Assembly: GCA_050287845.1 (NCBI GenBank)
Contig: JBNKCR010000055.1
Span: forward strand, 186,637 to 250,636
Direction: 5' to 3'
Length of the DNA stretch: 64,000 nt
DNA from: Polyangia bacterium
Lineage (GTDB): Bacteria > Myxococcota_A > Polyangia > JAAYKL01
Numbering within the stretch: position 1 is the first letter of the stretch; each line of letters begins with the position of its first letter. Under the pieces are notes generated by a model. That model was not told where the DNA came from and searched no databases. It was given only the letters and a program-made list of their open reading frames with translations. This document shows, piece after piece, positions 27,459 to 39,010 of this stretch. A program made the translations under genes and the position numbers.

Positions 27459-28952
27459 ATGACTTTTATTGAAGCAGCCCTGGAGATATTGCGCCGAGAG
27501 GGTATTCCTCTTCATGCCAAAATTATTGCAGAGAAATCAGTGAGCGCGGAGTTGTTGTCCCATGTGGGCAAGACGCCGGTGCAAACCATGTCGAAACGGA
27601 TATCCGCGGCAATGGCCAAAGGGAAAGGCCCCTTTGTCAGAGTGAAACCCGGTGTATTCGCCCTTGCGGCATGGAAAGACGACAAGGGCGTACTGACGCC
27701 CCCTGGCAAGCAGCGTTCAGCCAGTGAAGAAACACGACGGCCGGCTTCGGGACACAGGGCGGATTTCGGCAGGGAACCGGTGAACGCCCCCCGTGCGGAA
27801 GCCGCTGCCCAGTCGGTTTCCGCCCCCCCCATCGCACCGCATCCTCCCTCAGAGACACCGCCTCGTGCCGAGGATGCCGAGGCAGGCGATACCAATGGCA
27901 CCCGCAGTCGGAGAAGTCGAAGCCGTCGGTCGCGAAATCGTGGTCGGGACCGGGATGGTCGCGATGTTCGACACGGAGAGCGGCGTCCTGGAGAAGATGA
28001 GAAGAGCGATGTTCGGGGGGCGACAGACGGAAGTCGACCGGAAAAAGTGCCGGATGACAGTCCCGCCGCCGAAAAACGGATGGAGAGTCAGGCCCCTGGC
28101 AGAAGAGATGACAATCACAGACCGACGCCCCGGGATGAAACGCCCGGAAACGATGCCAATGGGAATGGCGGTAAACGGCCAGGCTCGCCGCCGGGCGACC
28201 GGGGGCGCGATGAACGCAGCAGTCGGCTGGCGCTGGAAGTGGAGCGCCTGCTGGCAAAGCAGAATCAACCCCAGAGTGGACGAGCCATCGCGGAACGCCT
28301 GCATATTTCGGGAACCAACGCCGAAATCATTGTGGATGCCCTGCTGGACGCCGACAACCGGGATCGGCGCAGCAATGGTCGACGGCCGCTGTTTATCAGG
28401 CGGAAAAGCGGTTGGACACTGGTTGCGCGGGAGATTCCCCAGGAAGTGGTGCAGCTCGAAGAAGATATTTTTCTGAGCGCGGGCAGGCTGGAACAGATTG
28501 CAGAACGCCAGATTCAACGTCGGCTCAAGAGCCTCTCTGCCGGGAAATTGACTCAGCTGATTATTCTGGTGTTGCGGCAGATGGGCTACAGCGATGTGGA
28601 GCCGATTGCCAGAGGCAAAGGAAGTGAATGTCATCTGCGGGTGACGGATCGGCGGCAGGGGGGACGGTTTTCAACCGCGGTGGTGATTCGGAATGATCCC
28701 CGGGGGCACGGCGTGAATGATGTCGATGTCACCGCGCTTCGCGGGTCCATGCATCACTACAGGGCGTCACGGGGACTGATTGTTACCACCGGCGAGGTAT
28801 TGTCGGAAGGTGTCCGTGAGGCGGACATTCCCAATCTGCCACCTGTGGGTTTCATCGACGGCAAAATGTTGGCTCAGGAATTTGTTCGGTGCGGTATTGG
28901 TATTGAAAAGCGACTCGTGCCGCTGGTATTTTTAGACGAATCTCAGTTGTAA
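27459..28952 (+). CDS. HARE-HTH domain protein with C-terminal Mrr-like restriction endonuclease fold
   Basis: N-terminal MTFIEAALEILRREG.PLH...GKTPVQTM...FVRVKPGVFAL; disordered linker; C-terminal V..LRGSM......GLIVTTG......A.....P.V.FIDG. Confidence 0.75.
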   Translation: MTFIEAALEILRREGIPLHAKIIAEKSVSAELLSHVGKTPVQTMSKRISAAMAKGKGPFVRVKPGVFALAAWKDDKGVLTPPGKQRSASEETRRPASGHRADFGREPVNAPRAEAAAQSVSAPPIAPHPPSETPPRAEDAEAGDTNGTRSRRSRSRRSRNRGRDRDGRDVRHGERRPGEDEKSDVRGATDGSRPEKVPDDSPAAEKRMESQAPGRRDDNHRPTPRDETPGNDANGNGGKRPGSPPGDRGRDERSSRLALEVERLLAKQNQPQSGRAIAERLHISGTNAEIIVDALLDADNRDRRSNGRRPLFIRRKSGWTLVAREIPQEVVQLEEDIFLSAGRLEQIAERQIQRRLKSLSAGKLTQLIILVLRQMGYSDVEPIARGKGSECHLRVTDRRQGGRFSTAVVIRNDPRGHGVNDVDVTALRGSMHHYRASRGLIVTTGEVLSEGVREADIPNLPPVGFIDGKMLAQEFVRCGIGIEKRLVPLVFLDESQL

Positions 28953-28964
28953 AACCGGAAGAGG

Positions 28965-31589
28965 TTGGTGCCCATGCAGCATGCCAGAGTGACAGCAACC
29001 AGTTTTTCGTTTTCCGATCAGGAGATGCCTGTTCGGATGGGCAAGTATCATTTGTTGTCCAGACTTTCCCGCGATCCCATCAGCGAACAGTTTCTGGCGG
29101 CATGGGGCGTTGAACAGGGGATTGATCAGCTCCGGGTGATTCGATGCGTTTATCCCCGGCTGGCGCAGGAAGCGGAATTCATTGGTCTCTTCCAGGAAGA
29201 AGCCAGATCTCTTTCACGGTTGTCATCCGACAACATCGCGCGAATCATGGAAGTCAGTGTACAGGGCGATATTCCTTTTGTTGCCAGGGAATATGTGGAA
29301 GGCGTACCCCTGGAGCGCCTGATGGTCCTAGCCGGCATGCAGAAGCGAAAGTTGCCCTGGGAACTGGCGGTTCATGTGGTCACCGAAATTCTGCGCGGTC
29401 TGGACTACATTCACCGCCGCGAGGATATTCATGGAAATCCCATGGGCATGCGACATGGCGACGTGCGCCCGGGGACGGTGATTGTGTCATTCTCCGGCGA
29501 AGTGAAGCTGATCAACTTTGGCTCCATGCTGCGGTTCATTGTGGACGAGGTAACCCACGCCCAGCTGATAGAGTTGCGAAGTGCCTACATGCCACCGGAG
29601 ATGCGGGATGATGTCGATCCCTCCGAAAGTGGGGATCTGTGGGCCGTTGGCATGATTCTCAATGCCCTGATGGGGGGAGCACTTCCGCGAATCGGGGATT
29701 TGCGCTGGCAGATTCCGCTGGTGAGCAAACTGGTACCCGGCGCACCCCGCGCATTGGATGATTTCCTTCAGCGAGCCCTTCACGACGATCCGGATGAACG
29801 GTTTAAAACCGCCGCCGCCATGCGCAGTGTCCTGGTGGAAGTACTGGGGGAGCATGCGGTGGGACATCCGCCGGACGAACTGGCAACCCTGACGGAAACC
29901 CTGGGAAGTGAAGACGCGCGGAATGTGAAGGAACTCGTTCGCACGATGCTTAAGAAGCCCGCTGAAATGTCCCTCGGGAACACGACCCGGGGCACATCGA
30001 CCGTTGGCCCCGGATATCTGTTGGACGGGCGATATCATCTTCTCCGGGAACTGGGAGAGGGCGGTATGGGCACGGTTTTCGAGGCGGAACACCAGGGGCT
30101 GGGAAAAAAGTGTGCGGTAAAAGTGCTTCACGAACGGGTCATGACCGATGCGAGCACCGTGGAGAGATTCAAGCGGGAAGCCCAGATAATCGGTAACATC
30201 GGGCATCCCAATATTGTCGGGGCCCACGATTTTGGAATCTGTGAGCGGGGTCACTATTATCTGGCGATGGATTTGCTTGATGGCAATCCCCTCTCTCATC
30301 GGATATGGGAAGGTGATCTGACTTTTTATGAGATCGCCAGAACGATGGCGGAGGTCTGCGATGGACTGGAAGCCGCTCATCAGGCCGGCGTTATTCATCG
30401 GGATCTGAAGCCGGACAACGTGCATCTGACTTCCCGGGGAGCCCGTATTCTGGATTTCGGTATTGCAAAATCGATTGGTCTGGATTCCCAGAATGAAGCG
30501 CTGACGCGAACCGGACATATCTGTGGTACGGTGGATTATATTGCCCCGGAGCAGATTCGCGGGGCATCGGATGATCCCCGTTCGGACCTGTATGCGGTGG
30601 GCGTGATGATTTACGAATGTCTGACCGGCGAAACCCCGTTTCATGGACGGACCGTCGGCGAAGCGCTTCATAAAGCCATTAACGATAAGCTGGTCGCCCC
30701 TTCAAAACGTTCGGGGAAAAAAGATATCCCCACGCAGCTGGAAAATATCTGCATCAAGGCGTTGAATCGAAATGCGGACAGGCGTTTTGCCAGTGCCAGA
30801 GAAATGGGGGATGCACTGAGGGAAGTGGCCGTGAAACTCATGGCGAAGGGCAAATCCGAAACACGGGTGACGGAGAATACCGAGGATTCCATTCTGGCAT
30901 TTGAGAGCAGGCAGCGGAAATCCCTGTGGCTGCCCATCAGTGCAGGTATTCTGATTATGACAATTGTTGCGGCGATGCTTTATATTCATAAAAACCGCAA
31001 CCTGCTGTCGATGTCGCTGAAGGATTCTGCTGCGTCGGACATCGGCGCCACCGGGAAGCAGGCGGTTTCTGAAGCCGGCAGACATCAGAATTCGGCGGGC
31101 ATGCTGTCTGGCAGCGCATCGACAGGGTCGAACGATAACACATCGGCCACGGCGATAGATACGGAAGACCCGGACGTTCAACGTATGGTCAAGGAACTGG
31201 CGCAGAAAGAAAAAAATCAGGAGCAATTGCTGAAGTTGGCCGAAGAGCTGGTTGAACAGGGCGAAGCGAAACTGCGCGTGCGGGATTTCAAAGGTGCACA
31301 GAGTGCGTTTAAGAGCGCATTGCAGCATCATAGTCGATCTTCAGACGCATGGTTCGGTCTTGGCAGAGCGGCATTTGAACTCGGTGATTATCGAAGCGCC
31401 ATTGACAAAATTAAAAAATCAATCAATCTTTCCGGACCAAAAAGAGCAATTAAACGGCGAAACTATTTGGGCGTGCTGTATAAAGTCAACGGTGAACCTC
31501 AAAAAGCAATGGCAGAATGGAACAGGGTGCTTGCGGTGAATCCGGAAAACCCTGAAGCCAGACGGTATCTGGAGTCAATGTCGAATTAA
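28965..31589 (+). CDS. Tandem pseudokinase-Ser/Thr kinase with TM helix and C-terminal TPRs
   Basis: Second domain canonical (GEGGMG, AVK, HRDLKPDN, DFG, GTVDYIAPE); first domain degenerate; TM LWLPISAGILIMTIVAAMLYI; TPR pattern AWFGLG..A...G.Y..A. Start uncertain. Confidence 0.9.
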   Translation: MVPMQHARVTATSFSFSDQEMPVRMGKYHLLSRLSRDPISEQFLAAWGVEQGIDQLRVIRCVYPRLAQEAEFIGLFQEEARSLSRLSSDNIARIMEVSVQGDIPFVAREYVEGVPLERLMVLAGMQKRKLPWELAVHVVTEILRGLDYIHRREDIHGNPMGMRHGDVRPGTVIVSFSGEVKLINFGSMLRFIVDEVTHAQLIELRSAYMPPEMRDDVDPSESGDLWAVGMILNALMGGALPRIGDLRWQIPLVSKLVPGAPRALDDFLQRALHDDPDERFKTAAAMRSVLVEVLGEHAVGHPPDELATLTETLGSEDARNVKELVRTMLKKPAEMSLGNTTRGTSTVGPGYLLDGRYHLLRELGEGGMGTVFEAEHQGLGKKCAVKVLHERVMTDASTVERFKREAQIIGNIGHPNIVGAHDFGICERGHYYLAMDLLDGNPLSHRIWEGDLTFYEIARTMAEVCDGLEAAHQAGVIHRDLKPDNVHLTSRGARILDFGIAKSIGLDSQNEALTRTGHICGTVDYIAPEQIRGASDDPRSDLYAVGVMIYECLTGETPFHGRTVGEALHKAINDKLVAPSKRSGKKDIPTQLENICIKALNRNADRRFASAREMGDALREVAVKLMAKGKSETRVTENTEDSILAFESRQRKSLWLPISAGILIMTIVAAMLYIHKNRNLLSMSLKDSAASDIGATGKQAVSEAGRHQNSAGMLSGSASTGSNDNTSATAIDTEDPDVQRMVKELAQKEKNQEQLLKLAEELVEQGEAKLRVRDFKGAQSAFKSALQHHSRSSDAWFGLGRAAFELGDYRSAIDKIKKSINLSGPKRAIKRRNYLGVLYKVNGEPQKAMAEWNRVLAVNPENPEARRYLESMSN

Positions 31590-31598
31590 GGGTGAAAA

Positions 31599-32540
31599 AT
31601 GAGAAGAACGCTTATCAGCATGTTGGCGACTGTCGCCACATTCAATTTATACGCTGCTTCGGCGTTGGCCAGCCGGGTTGCCGTGTTGCCGACCGTGTAC
31701 GTAGACGCCGGCACAGGAGCGCCTGACCGCAACGCCGCAACGGATTTTCATGCGTCGATACTGGAAGGTGTTGAAAAAGCAGGCGCAGAATTGATTGCAG
31801 CCGACGAAGTGGCCCTGGTGGCACGGGCATACACCACATCGGGAATATGTGACACCACCTGTCTGAAGCAGGTTCAAGACGACATTGATGCATCCGAGGC
31901 ACTTCAGGTGGTTGTAAAAGAAGACCGGGAGATGGCCAGCAGACGAATCACCATTACATTCGCGATGAGAGACCCCATTGGACAGGATACTTCAGATGGA
32001 TACGCAGTGGTGAAAGCCTGGTTGAAAGGCGCAGTCGCCCTGGCGTTGAAGGACAGTATTGCGCAACCGGTTGTCGCAGCAGAGGAGGAACCGGTGGCAA
32101 AGGAAATTGGGACGCCCATTGCAGAACCGAAGGCGAAAACCGAGTTTGTCATCGTCAGAGACAAACCCCGGAAGAAAATAAGTCCCACTCCCCTGATCAT
32201 TGCCGGCACAACAACGCTGGCGCTGGGCATTGCCACCATCGTTCTGGACCAGGTCGCTCATTTCAATTACACGACGATTGAGGAAAATCTTAAAGAGATT
32301 CCCACGTACACCAGACCCGCTTTTGATGACGACGTGCAGCGACTTGAGACTCAGCAGTTGCTGACAAAAATATTTCTGGGAGCGACGGGGGCCGGTCTGT
32401 TGACCACCTGTGTGCTTGCCATCTTTACCGATTATTCAAAATCCAGAAAGCGCAGCGCCAGCAACAGCAGCGATCGTGTTTCGGCGGTATTCTCCATTGG
32501 GAAGAACAGTGGCGCCGTTTATATTGGGGGGAGTTTTTGA
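31599..32540 (+). CDS. Hypothetical exported protein with two C-terminal hydrophobic segments
   Basis: Signal peptide (ALA-S), RVAVLP, hydrophobic helices, terminal YIGGSF. Confidence 0.75.
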   Translation: MRRTLISMLATVATFNLYAASALASRVAVLPTVYVDAGTGAPDRNAATDFHASILEGVEKAGAELIAADEVALVARAYTTSGICDTTCLKQVQDDIDASEALQVVVKEDREMASRRITITFAMRDPIGQDTSDGYAVVKAWLKGAVALALKDSIAQPVVAAEEEPVAKEIGTPIAEPKAKTEFVIVRDKPRKKISPTPLIIAGTTTLALGIATIVLDQVAHFNYTTIEENLKEIPTYTRPAFDDDVQRLETQQLLTKIFLGATGAGLLTTCVLAIFTDYSKSRKRSASNSSDRVSAVFSIGKNSGAVYIGGSF

Positions 32541-33889
32541 TGAATCGCATATTATTTCTCAATACTATTCTTATTATATGTATGTCTTTATCCGGATGTG
32601 TTTTCAAGGAAGATCCGGATGAACTGATTTATGGCACGTCAGGATCTGGAGATTCGGATTCCGATAGCGGCACGGACGCGGATACGGCGACAGATAGCCA
32701 CACGGCGACCGACTCCGCGACCACCACAGATTCGGGTACCGAGTCCAACGGGAATGACGAAACGGATTCGACCTCGGATACCCGCACGGATTTGGACAGC
32801 GACACCGAAACAGAGACGGACACCAATTCGGACACAACTACCGAATCTGGTAGGGATACGTCCAGTGACTCGGATTCAGATACGGCAGAGGTGGGAGATA
32901 CGGACACCGGGGAAAATTGTACCGAATTGACCTGGGCTTGCGGAACTGGATCGAACAGCAAAGGTGTTTTACTTGATTGTGACGCGGAGATTGGATGTGA
33001 GAGCGGCTCAAGGTGCACTGAGCACGCGTGTGTTAGCTGCAACACGGATTCCCATTGCGGTGAAAACTGTGCGGCGTGTGGAGAGGATGGGTTTGTCTCA
33101 AAACCCAGATGTTTTGATGATACCGATGATACCGACTTTCCCGTATGTGTGCAGTGTCTGACGGACGCGGATTGTTCGGTTGACCGGCCGAATTGTGATC
33201 CGGAACTGCACGAATGTTTCGAATGTTTCACCAACGCCCATTGCCGCCCGGATACGGAGATCATTCAGATTGTTGCGACTGATTCCGATACAGGCACCGA
33301 TATGGACACGGATTCTGACATCAATATCGATACGAATTCGGCTACGGCGGGGCCGGATACGGACACCGCGTATATTCAGGACACGGAACATCCGTGGAAG
33401 TCTCCGCTGGGGGTTTGTACACCGGATAACACATGCACCTGCTGGGTGCCAACACCGGATAGTGAAGCTGAAAACATCGAGTCGGAATTAATGGTGGGGT
33501 GCATGAATAATTCCGATTGTCCCAGTGATGAGTACAACTGTTTACGGGATTATTTCGACGATACCCCCGTGACCCCCCTGTATCATCTGGCATGTCTCAG
33601 ACTTTGTGATGCCGGGGAAGAAGGCCAAATCAGCGCTGGGTTGGAATGTCGCAGTTTCGACGGAACACTTTTTGCCTGGATACCAATGACGACGTGTTTC
33701 GCCTTTTCAAAAATTTACGACGATTGCAGTTCGCAACCTTTCATATGCAGTGTGGATGGAGACGGAAATATCAACGACGCAGCGTGTTTGAACGGCAAAT
33801 GCACTTACAGATGTGACGATGATAATTGGTGTCCGGAAATTTCAAGTGGATGCGGTACCGAGTTCTCTACATGTCTGCCTCGGAATTAA
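32540..33889 (+). CDS. Cys-rich lipoprotein with Asp/Ser/Thr-rich linkers
   Basis: LSGC lipobox; repeated CxxC-x4-C modules (CVSCNTDSHC, CVQCLTDADC, CFECFTNAHC); TGATG coupling to the upstream gene. Confidence 0.85.
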   Translation: MNRILFLNTILIICMSLSGCVFKEDPDELIYGTSGSGDSDSDSGTDADTATDSHTATDSATTTDSGTESNGNDETDSTSDTRTDLDSDTETETDTNSDTTTESGRDTSSDSDSDTAEVGDTDTGENCTELTWACGTGSNSKGVLLDCDAEIGCESGSRCTEHACVSCNTDSHCGENCAACGEDGFVSKPRCFDDTDDTDFPVCVQCLTDADCSVDRPNCDPELHECFECFTNAHCRPDTEIIQIVATDSDTGTDMDTDSDINIDTNSATAGPDTDTAYIQDTEHPWKSPLGVCTPDNTCTCWVPTPDSEAENIESELMVGCMNNSDCPSDEYNCLRDYFDDTPVTPLYHLACLRLCDAGEEGQISAGLECRSFDGTLFAWIPMTTCFAFSKIYDDCSSQPFICSVDGDGNINDAACLNGKCTYRCDDDNWCPEISSGCGTEFSTCLPRN

Positions 33890-33901
33890 CGCCAACGTAG
33901 T

Positions 33902-33937
33902 AAAAAATGATGAATAGAAACGCGCAAGGGTGTGCCA
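33902..33937 (-). repeat. 36-nt dispersed intergenic repeat, copy 2
   Basis: Reverse complement TGGCACACCCTTGCGCGTTTCTATTCATCATTTTTT; one mismatch to 14489-14524. Confidence 0.85.
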
Positions 33938-34021
33938 TTGTGCGTGCGACAGCGGTTTCAGTCATTGGCTTTTTGTAAAACATTAGCGTAAATATGGAAT
34001 TTACCCTGTGTCATCGGTTGA

Positions 34022-36619
34022 TTACTGAATATGTCGGCTGGTCAGTTTGCTGCGAAACAGCGGGTACGCCAGGACCAGCGACAGCAGCAGTAATGCGCCA
34101 AAGATGAGCCCCACCACTTTGCCGATGTGGATCATCGCTGCGGTATTATGGGAAATAATTGTATTTCTGACTTCATCGGCTTCCCGGGTGAGCGTTTCGT
34201 GATCAACCGTAAAGAGCACAAACGAATTCTGTATTCCAAGAGGTGCGTATCCCCACAGTACGGGACGTTTATCCCGCTGCAGATTAATCACTCCTTCACG
34301 CCCCGCCCGGAGATCGGCTTTCAGTTTGGAAAGCGCATACCCCCAAACGTTTGAAATGCGCTCCCGGGGCACCCAGAATTCGCTGGTAGGTTTATCCGAA
34401 TGGTTCTCGTAATCCGTTGAAAAAATGATTTCCACTTCATCGCCCATCATCTTTGCAATCTCTATTTTGCAGCCATTGTCCCAGTTCGGATTCACTTCAA
34501 GCGGTTTCAACAAATCTTTCACATAAATATCCAGACCTGCAACGCCGATAAACTGATTTTCCGTGTTGGTGATAGGCAAAACGGCTGATAAAATCGGCCG
34601 ACCGGTGGATTTGTCCAGGTACGGTGGCGTGAAATTCATGATGGAAGTGTTTTTTCCGCGCAAATACCATCCCTGAGCTGTGGGATCATAATCCGAAAGC
34701 GCATCAGATGTCCCCGGGTATTCGGCGAATAACCTGCTGTTTTCAAATCCCATGTAGTAGCGGATGACCAGACTCCGGTTGTTGGCATACAACTGCTTGA
34801 TTTGCGGTACAATCCGATTCAACGCCTGACGCTGGGACATATCTGTTGTTGCTGGCGGATTCGCAGGAGGCGAAAAAACGAATCCATCGAATGTCACAAG
34901 GGTGGGGGCAGGCACCCGGCCTTCACCTGTGAGTCGGCTATATCTTGTGGAAGGTTCAAAATGAAGCAGCTGATCATCGGCAGTACTGAATCTTCCGGAA
35001 TCCATATCCGGATCATAGACCAGTTTGAAGTTTTCGATGAAATGGTTCAGCGCGTTGACTACGGTCTGACGCTGATAGGTCATGGCGGTCGCCGCATTGC
35101 GCACCACCCGTTTTAAATCTTTTTCACCGTCTGAAATCAGCGACTTCCGGGTTTGATCCGCCACATTCTCCGCAGTGTTTTCCATGAAATGATACACTGC
35201 CCATGCCGAAGCGATGGTCGCGATACTCAGCCCCACCAGCACAATGGCCGCGACTCTCAGAAGTGCCCTGGCTCGCCCGGTTTTTCGGGACTCAGATAGC
35301 GCTTTCTGAATCTGACTGTGCAAATTTTCGGCATCCTTACCCTCGGCATCCGTGAGATACACCAGTGCCGTATTGTAGTCTCCCGAAGCAGAAACCATTT
35401 TCGCAGCATCCAGACATGCGTTCTGATGCGCTATCCTGGCGTCACGGTTTCCGTCCCACAGTGTCAACGCCTGACGATACGACGCCAGCGAATCTGCCAG
35501 ATTATAAAAGAGAGTCACGCGTTCAGATTCTGAAAGATGGGCAGAATACTCGGCCTTTGCCTGTGCCAGTTTGCGTCCGGCGTTATCCGCAATCTGTCGA
35601 CTCTCCTGATGTCTCAGAAAGTCCTTGAGCTCTTTTTGGAAATCCTTCACATTGCTGTATCGTCCGGCCGGATCTCTGGCCATGGCCTGTTCGCAGATAC
35701 GGCGCAACTCCGCATCGAGGTGTTCGGGGAGCGGTTCGTAATAGTCCCGTTCCTCGGCGGTTGAAAAATTTCGATCGTGTCGATGCCGATGAGGCGGTTT
35801 GCCGGTCAGAATGAAATACAGACAGGCGCCGAGCAGATAAATATCGGAGTGGATGCCCAGGGCCCTGCCATTTCCATCCATCATCTCCGGCGCCATATAC
35901 GACCAGGTTCCTTCCTGACCGGAAATCTGCACGACGTGCGGCACCTCCGGATTGCTATCGAATTCCCCAGCCGATGAGATGCTGCAGGCGAGCCCCCAGT
36001 CCAGCAGAAGCATCTCACCGAATTCACCCACCATAATATTACCGGGCTTAATATCCCGGTGAATGATTTCCTGACTGTGGGCAAATGCCACAGGATTGCA
36101 TATGGCTATCAGGATTTCAATACAATCGTGCGTGTCGAACTGAGCGGCCATCTCCCGATGATGGTCGGTTTGTGGACAAACCACATCCTCCAGCGTACAA
36201 CCGCTGATCAGCTTCATCTGCATGGACAGGTTGCTCTCGGATTGACTCAGCCCGTAGACCGGTACAACATTGGGATGTGCCAGTTTTCCCGTGATAATCG
36301 CTTCACTGAAAAAGCCTTCGCGAATCCGGTCCACCTTAAAGAGGTGGGGATGCAGCTGTTTGATGGCCACATCTCTTTGAAGATCTTTTTGACGGGCCCG
36401 ATAAATGCGACCCATTCCGCCAGCCCCCAGCTCTTCGCCCACAGTGAACTCCGATTTGCTGTACAACTGTCTGTCAAGGATGGTGGTCGCAGAATCGGTT
36501 GGCTGACGGATAGTCATTGTCACTTCCCTGGCCAATGCCCGGATGGTGGATACGGTCGATTCGTTCAACCTGCTGCCGACTGTGCTTCCTATGAACTTTT
36601 TCAGTTTAACGGAACTCAA
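34022..36619 (-). CDS. Ser/Thr protein kinase fused to TM-Cache-TM sensor module
   Basis: GAGGMG, VAIK, HRDIKPGN, DWG, YMAPE; dCache-like YDPTAQGWY, FTPPYLD..TG, GVAGLDI between two TM helices. Start uncertain. Confidence 0.88.
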   Translation of the reverse strand: MSSVKLKKFIGSTVGSRLNESTVSTIRALAREVTMTIRQPTDSATTILDRQLYSKSEFTVGEELGAGGMGRIYRARQKDLQRDVAIKQLHPHLFKVDRIREGFFSEAIITGKLAHPNVVPVYGLSQSESNLSMQMKLISGCTLEDVVCPQTDHHREMAAQFDTHDCIEILIAICNPVAFAHSQEIIHRDIKPGNIMVGEFGEMLLLDWGLACSISSAGEFDSNPEVPHVVQISGQEGTWSYMAPEMMDGNGRALGIHSDIYLLGACLYFILTGKPPHRHRHDRNFSTAEERDYYEPLPEHLDAELRRICEQAMARDPAGRYSNVKDFQKELKDFLRHQESRQIADNAGRKLAQAKAEYSAHLSESERVTLFYNLADSLASYRQALTLWDGNRDARIAHQNACLDAAKMVSASGDYNTALVYLTDAEGKDAENLHSQIQKALSESRKTGRARALLRVAAIVLVGLSIATIASAWAVYHFMENTAENVADQTRKSLISDGEKDLKRVVRNAATAMTYQRQTVVNALNHFIENFKLVYDPDMDSGRFSTADDQLLHFEPSTRYSRLTGEGRVPAPTLVTFDGFVFSPPANPPATTDMSQRQALNRIVPQIKQLYANNRSLVIRYYMGFENSRLFAEYPGTSDALSDYDPTAQGWYLRGKNTSIMNFTPPYLDKSTGRPILSAVLPITNTENQFIGVAGLDIYVKDLLKPLEVNPNWDNGCKIEIAKMMGDEVEIIFSTDYENHSDKPTSEFWVPRERISNVWGYALSKLKADLRAGREGVINLQRDKRPVLWGYAPLGIQNSFVLFTVDHETLTREADEVRNTIISHNTAAMIHIGKVVGLIFGALLLLSLVLAYPLFRSKLTSRHIQ

Positions 36620-36754
36620 GATACTGTTCCTTCTTCGCCCACAATTATAATGATGATAAATATTTTAAATAATATGACACAAAACCGAAACTGGGAAAAT
36701 GGTGATTCGTTCAGAAGTATCGAAAAAATATCGGATTATTCGGATTGCGAGACG

Positions 36755-37681
36755 TCAATCCGGTAGTGGAATATCGTAAACGTCGAGAGACCTGCCAATT
36801 CGTGCATCCCCGAAATGGACACGGGCTTCCTTTTTCAGGATTTTTTCGTCCTCAAATGTGTACCTGGGGCTGATGTGAACGAGTATCAGCCGTCGGACCG
36901 ATGCTGCAGATGCAATTTCCGCTGCAGCCGAAGCGGTTGAATGTTTTTTCTCCGCTGCTTCCCCTGTATGTTCAAGGGAGAACATTCCTTCAACAAAGGC
37001 AATGTCTGCATCCTGACACAAATTTTTCAGACCATCACAGGGAGCGGTATCTGTCGCAAACGTTACAATACGGCCGCGTCGGGCAGGTCCCAGAACCTGC
37101 GACGGTGAAATCTCGGTGCCGTCGTCGAGGGTAACCGATGTGCCGGCCTGCAGCTTTCCGAACATGGGTCCCATGGGAACCCCCAGCGCAACCGCTTTTT
37201 CCAGATTGAACTTTCCCGGACGCGTGTGTTCCTCAATGCGGTACCCGAGGCAGAAAGTGGAGTGCAGAAGTGGCTCCCATCTGATGTTGCAGCCATTCCA
37301 GACCAATGCGGTGCCTTTTTTGCTTTTGCTCCACTCGATAAATTCTATTTCAAAATTAATTCGATATCGAAGATCTTCCAGAGTGTGTTGAATGAACTTC
37401 TTCACGCCCTTCGGCCCGATAATGGTCAGCGGTCCGGGGGCGTCGCATTGCGCTCTGAACATCAGCACGCCGGGGAGCCCCAGCACATGGTCCGCATGGA
37501 GATGGGAAATGGCAATCACTTCAAGGGCGCGAATCCCGACCCCGCCTTTTTTCAGGGCGAGTTGGATTCCCTCACCGGCATCAAACATCATCATGCGGCC
37601 ATCGTGTCGAAACAGAACGGAAGTGGTTAATCTGGCCGGCATGGGCATCATTCCCCCGGCGCCAAGTACTACGCAATCCAT
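36755..37681 (-). CDS. rnz: Ribonuclease Z
   Basis: FDAGEG.Q, SHLHADHVLG, exosite GVPMGP.FGKLQ.G, DTAPC, HST, HISPRY. Confidence 0.93.
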   Translation of the reverse strand: MDCVVLGAGGMMPMPARLTTSVLFRHDGRMMMFDAGEGIQLALKKGGVGIRALEVIAISHLHADHVLGLPGVLMFRAQCDAPGPLTIIGPKGVKKFIQHTLEDLRYRINFEIEFIEWSKSKKGTALVWNGCNIRWEPLLHSTFCLGYRIEEHTRPGKFNLEKAVALGVPMGPMFGKLQAGTSVTLDDGTEISPSQVLGPARRGRIVTFATDTAPCDGLKNLCQDADIAFVEGMFSLEHTGEAAEKKHSTASAAAEIASAASVRRLILVHISPRYTFEDEKILKKEARVHFGDARIGRSLDVYDIPLPD

Positions 37682-37975
37682 GTGGGGGGTGATGACATAT
37701 TGGAAACATCTTGCCAAGATAATTCGCTAATTGCTTGAAATGTAAAGAAAAATTGGATGATACACAATTGTGATTCAGATGCCTGAAAACCGGGGAAAAA
37801 ATAAATGAATACATCCACATACAACTGATTGAAATTGGTTTGCATTTATGCTATGCAAGCTCGCGTTTCAGAGAGCAAGGCACGTCGAATGGGGGCTGCA
37901 GCGATGTGTTTAAATAGATTTGAAAATACATTGATATGTTAAAACTGCCTTTTTTTAAAAGGTACCCTGACTTGA

Positions 37976-38986
<1,011 letters not shown>

Positions 38987-39010
38987 TTTCACAGAATCGT
39001 TTCGATTTTT

